A stretch of DNA of 64,000 nucleotides from a bacterium. Lineage in GTDB: Bacteria; Patescibacteriota; Minisyncoccia; Phycocordibacterales; UBA2100. Below are positions 61,304-64,000 of the stretch, piece by piece (position 1 is the stretch's first letter; every line of letters starts with the position of its first letter). A program made the translations under genes and the position numbers. Where the stretch lies: positions 26,253-90,252 of the forward strand of contig JAUSHX010000010.1 in NCBI GenBank assembly GCA_030648265.1. Direction: 5' to 3'. The notes under the pieces are model-generated. The model saw only the letters and a list, made by a program, of their open reading frames with translations. It was not told the DNA's origin and did no database searches.

Positions 61304-61759
61304 CTACTTCCACATTCCCAAAATCAGACCGAAGATAGCAAACATCACCAACTGATATCCGGATTGTATCAGAAATCGCGCCCACGATACCTTGGCCGAA
61401 TCATTGTTCCACATCGCTCCGCCTGCGATTATCGGCACCACAAACGCCGCCCATATCCACAGTGAGTTTTCAAGTCCGGACGCATCCTTCCACCCCTGTA
61501 TATAGTATGCAAGCACCCACACCTGAAAGAGTGTGAGCAAAAACTGTACCGCGTAGAGCGGCATCGCCCTCTTCTGCATTTGATTTTGCGAAATCATGTC
61601 GCCCCCACGTCCTTTGAGGGGCGACCGCGCCTCCAAGTCTGTAGCATCCGCGCCCATTATCTCCGCCCATTTCTTTCCGAACAAAGGCCCGTACCAAACA
61701 TATCCGACAATCATGGAAAGCACCGCGCACACAAGCACCGCCCAATAATTTATTTCCAT
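61304..61759 (-). CDS. DUF1761-like membrane protein
   Basis: IN..AVL...VLSM..G..WYGPLFGK.W N-terminus and about 4 TM. Confidence 0.75.
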   Translation of the reverse strand: MEINYWAVLVCAVLSMIVGYVWYGPLFGKKWAEIMGADATDLEARSPLKGRGGDMISQNQMQKRAMPLYAVQFLLTLFQVWVLAYYIQGWKDASGLENSLWIWAAFVVPIIAGGAMWNNDSAKVSWARFLIQSGYQLVMFAIFGLILGMWK

Positions 61760-61867
61760 ACTATGTACATTAATGGTTATTAAAGACCCTGATTATTATA
61801 ATTCCGCTTCATGCGGACAGAAAGAACCAAAGTCTGATATCGCCTTGGCATTCCGTTATTTGTTACT

Positions 61868-62016
61868 CTTTCCCGTGTTCCTTATTACCCACGACCGTTA
61901 TGAATAAGGAACACGGGAAAGCAAGAAAAATCATGGGGGTTACGCGCTCCTGCCTCAAAAGCGAACCGCCGAATGCTTAGCCTCCCATATCGGGAGTTAC
62001 GAACTCCCGATATGGG
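61868..62016. repeat. Two long perfect inverted repeats in a divergent intergenic region
   Basis: 19-bp IR at 61868-61886/61903-61921 and 15-bp IR at 61984-61998/62002-62016. Confidence 0.75.
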
Positions 62017-62057
62017 GAAATGTCCGGTTTCAACCGCCCCGTGATATCGTTTAAGGG

Positions 62058-62711
62058 ATGACTGGCTTTGACGATTCAAACGAGCCTTTAAGCAGCGCAA
62101 CTCATTTTGTTGCCACGCTTCTTTCTGTTGCGGGGCTTTCTCTATTGGTTACTCTGGCCGCTTTGCGCGGCACGGCAACGCATGTCGTCAGTTTTTCAAT
62201 CTTCGGCGCATCGCTTGTTCTTCTTTACCTCTTCAGCACTCTCTATCATTTTCTTTCAAAAAATCATCCCGCAAAAGATTTGTTCCAAATTCTTGACCAC
62301 GCAGCTATCTATATTCTCATTGCCGGTACATACACGCCTCTTGTTCTCATTGTCCTTCCAACCGCATGGGGGTGGAGTATGTTTGGCGTCATTTGGGGTC
62401 TTGCCCTATCCGGTGTTTTAATAAAAGTATTGCGGCCTGTTCAACGGTGGGTTTCCGGCGGCTTATATCTCCTGATGGGCTGGCTTATCGTAATCGCTTT
62501 CGTTCCCCTGAAAGACGCACTGCCGCTTGAGGGAATACTATGGCTTCTTGCGGGAGGGATCTTTTATACGGTAGGAACAATATTTTGCGCACTGGATGAT
62601 GTAAAAAAACTGAACGCGTGGTATTCGTTCCACGATATATTCCACATCTTCGTGATGCTCGGCAGCTTCTGCCACTTCTGGTTCATGTATAAATTCGTTC
62701 TTCCGGCATAA
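62058..62711 (+). CDS. Hemolysin III / PAQR family membrane protein
   Basis: E..S..TH, STLYH, DH.AIYILIAGTYTP, YLLMGW, GG..YT.G, H.IFH.FV..GS.CH. Confidence 0.92.
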   Translation: MTGFDDSNEPLSSATHFVATLLSVAGLSLLVTLAALRGTATHVVSFSIFGASLVLLYLFSTLYHFLSKNHPAKDLFQILDHAAIYILIAGTYTPLVLIVLPTAWGWSMFGVIWGLALSGVLIKVLRPVQRWVSGGLYLLMGWLIVIAFVPLKDALPLEGILWLLAGGIFYTVGTIFCALDDVKKLNAWYSFHDIFHIFVMLGSFCHFWFMYKFVLPA

Positions 62712-62720
62712 AATGAGCCG

Positions 62721-63767
62721 TTATGGATAGTTTCTTCCGTCTCCGGTGATGGGGATTTTCTCTCCTAAATATTTCGGCTTTCTCTGGAACATGAGGTCAA
62801 GAATTGCTTTCTCATTGGCTAGCGCTTCACGGATATAGTTGCGGGAAAAGATGCGGCCGACATCGGCGTTCATACCGGAGGCATTCATCCCAAGCTGGCG
62901 GGCGATAAAAACGGCGCGGGGCAGATGGAATGATTGGGTAGTAATAAGAACTGAAGAAACTCCGAAAATATCACGGGCGCGGTACATGGTGCTGTAGGTA
63001 TCAAAGCCCGCGTGGTCTAGGAAGATATCCTCGTCCGGAATTCCTTTCGCAAGAAGATAATTGCGGACAGGATTTACTTCATTATGGCTAAGAGTGCTGT
63101 TGTCACCGGAGACGATAATCTTTGAAACTTTCTTCGCTTCATACAATTTGATGGTCATATCCACCCTATCAACAAAAATAGGCGAGAGTCCACCGTTTAA
63201 GAGAATCGCCGCCCCCGGGATTAAAGCCACTTCAGCGTTCGGCACGCTCGCAATATTATTGTATATATATGGTTTCGTCTCTTGATGAATCGTTACGTTC
63301 ACGGCAACAACAAAAACAATCAGACATCCCAAACTCCATCCGAGAAAACGGTACAGACGAATCCGAAACACGAGCTGTTTAACCTTCTTCAATATCATAT
63401 CCCGAGCTCCGGCAGTGGTGATTTGTCCGTAGCCGGGGTCGGGTATATGCCATATTTGGAGTTTTTTTGAATTCTTCAGATATTCGGGTATTGGCCCGCC
63501 CATTATCGGTTCCATGAGGATTATTCTGTCGGCATCTTCTACCATAGCGTGGGTCAGCCGTGTTACCCTGTTTAAGCTCATATCAAAACCACGTTCTCTC
63601 ATGGCAGTAATTCCTTCTTCTATCACCTCAGAAACAAGCTTCCCCGCATTGTCGGCAATCGTGCCTGCCGTCTGAATATTCGCGCGTGGGAGAAAATGTT
63701 TGAACATAGTGCCAGCCATTTGGCTCCGGTTCACATTCCCCTCGCACACAAAAAGAATTTTCATCAT
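62721..63767 (-). CDS. Fusion: LMW phosphatase/ArsC-like domain, TM helix, SanA/ElyC (DUF218) domain
   Basis: FVCEGNVNRSQMA (CX5R) and IPDP, then a TM, then VSGDN...E, LDHAGFDTY..M.RA, TQ.FHL.RA, RE.LA. Confidence 0.8.
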   Translation of the reverse strand: MMKILFVCEGNVNRSQMAGTMFKHFLPRANIQTAGTIADNAGKLVSEVIEEGITAMRERGFDMSLNRVTRLTHAMVEDADRIILMEPIMGGPIPEYLKNSKKLQIWHIPDPGYGQITTAGARDMILKKVKQLVFRIRLYRFLGWSLGCLIVFVVAVNVTIHQETKPYIYNNIASVPNAEVALIPGAAILLNGGLSPIFVDRVDMTIKLYEAKKVSKIIVSGDNSTLSHNEVNPVRNYLLAKGIPDEDIFLDHAGFDTYSTMYRARDIFGVSSVLITTQSFHLPRAVFIARQLGMNASGMNADVGRIFSRNYIREALANEKAILDLMFQRKPKYLGEKIPITGDGRNYP

Positions 63768-63786
63768 GGGATGTTTTTGGGCACCG

Positions 63787-64000
63787 TCATTTTGAAAGCA
63801 CGCCCGTCCACTCTACAACTAAAAGAGACTCCGGAGAAACTTTACATGCGATAGCTCCTTCTATAAACCGCACTTGAGCATCAGTGAATCTGTCTTTGCC
63901 CGTACGTTTTGCTTCGCAAAATAGTATCTGGCCGTTATGCCACGCGAGAACATCAAAGCACGCGGTGGTTTGTGCCGTTTTCCAGATGTTCTGCAATAAC
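63787..64000 (-). CDS. Partial VRR-NUC / PD-(D/E)xK-like protein (5' end outside window)
   Basis: FDV...FCEAK...D.....Q..F motif. Confidence 0.5.
   Translation of the reverse strand, partial: LLQNIWKTAQTTACFDVLAWHNGQILFCEAKRTGKDRFTDAQVRFIEGAIACKVSPESLLVVEWTGVLSK

Overview
64 kb of a small, streamlined bacterial chromosome. It is most likely Patescibacteria/CPR (Parcubacteria-like); this is inferred from gene content, compact aminoacyl-tRNA synthetases, scarce Shine-Dalgarno motifs, TGA used as stop, and the presence of rplI. Positions 1-20.2 kb are almost all + strand: rplQ-rplM-rpsI, grpE-dnaK-dnaJ, a KAS-III/OleA-like enzyme divergent from an orphan multi-TM histidine kinase, trpS, aspS, scpAB, a D,D-carboxypeptidase, mraY-ftsW-murG, gltX and an M23 peptidase. 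From 20.2 kb onward genes are mostly on the - strand: a Xer-like recombinase with candidate dif sites, a trehalose cassette with a sensor-fused OtsA, a P-type ATPase, ctpA, corA, cysS, leuS carrying an inserted alpha/beta-hydrolase, ychF, an F1Fo ATP synthase operon interrupted by cargo genes, ahcY, a PfkB kinase, and NUDIX/HAD genes. No rRNA, tRNA or CRISPR array was recognised. The most striking unexplained structure is a family of eight 110-215 bp palindromic intergenic elements (E1-E8). Each has conserved imperfect arms, an exchangeable near-perfect central stem and a variable loop; long loops carry promoter-like boxes. Every copy ends 0-2 nt before the ATG of the downstream gene, and five begin at the upstream stop codon. 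Most other genes appear leaderless. Several further short palindrome families are inserted in frame inside essential proteins.
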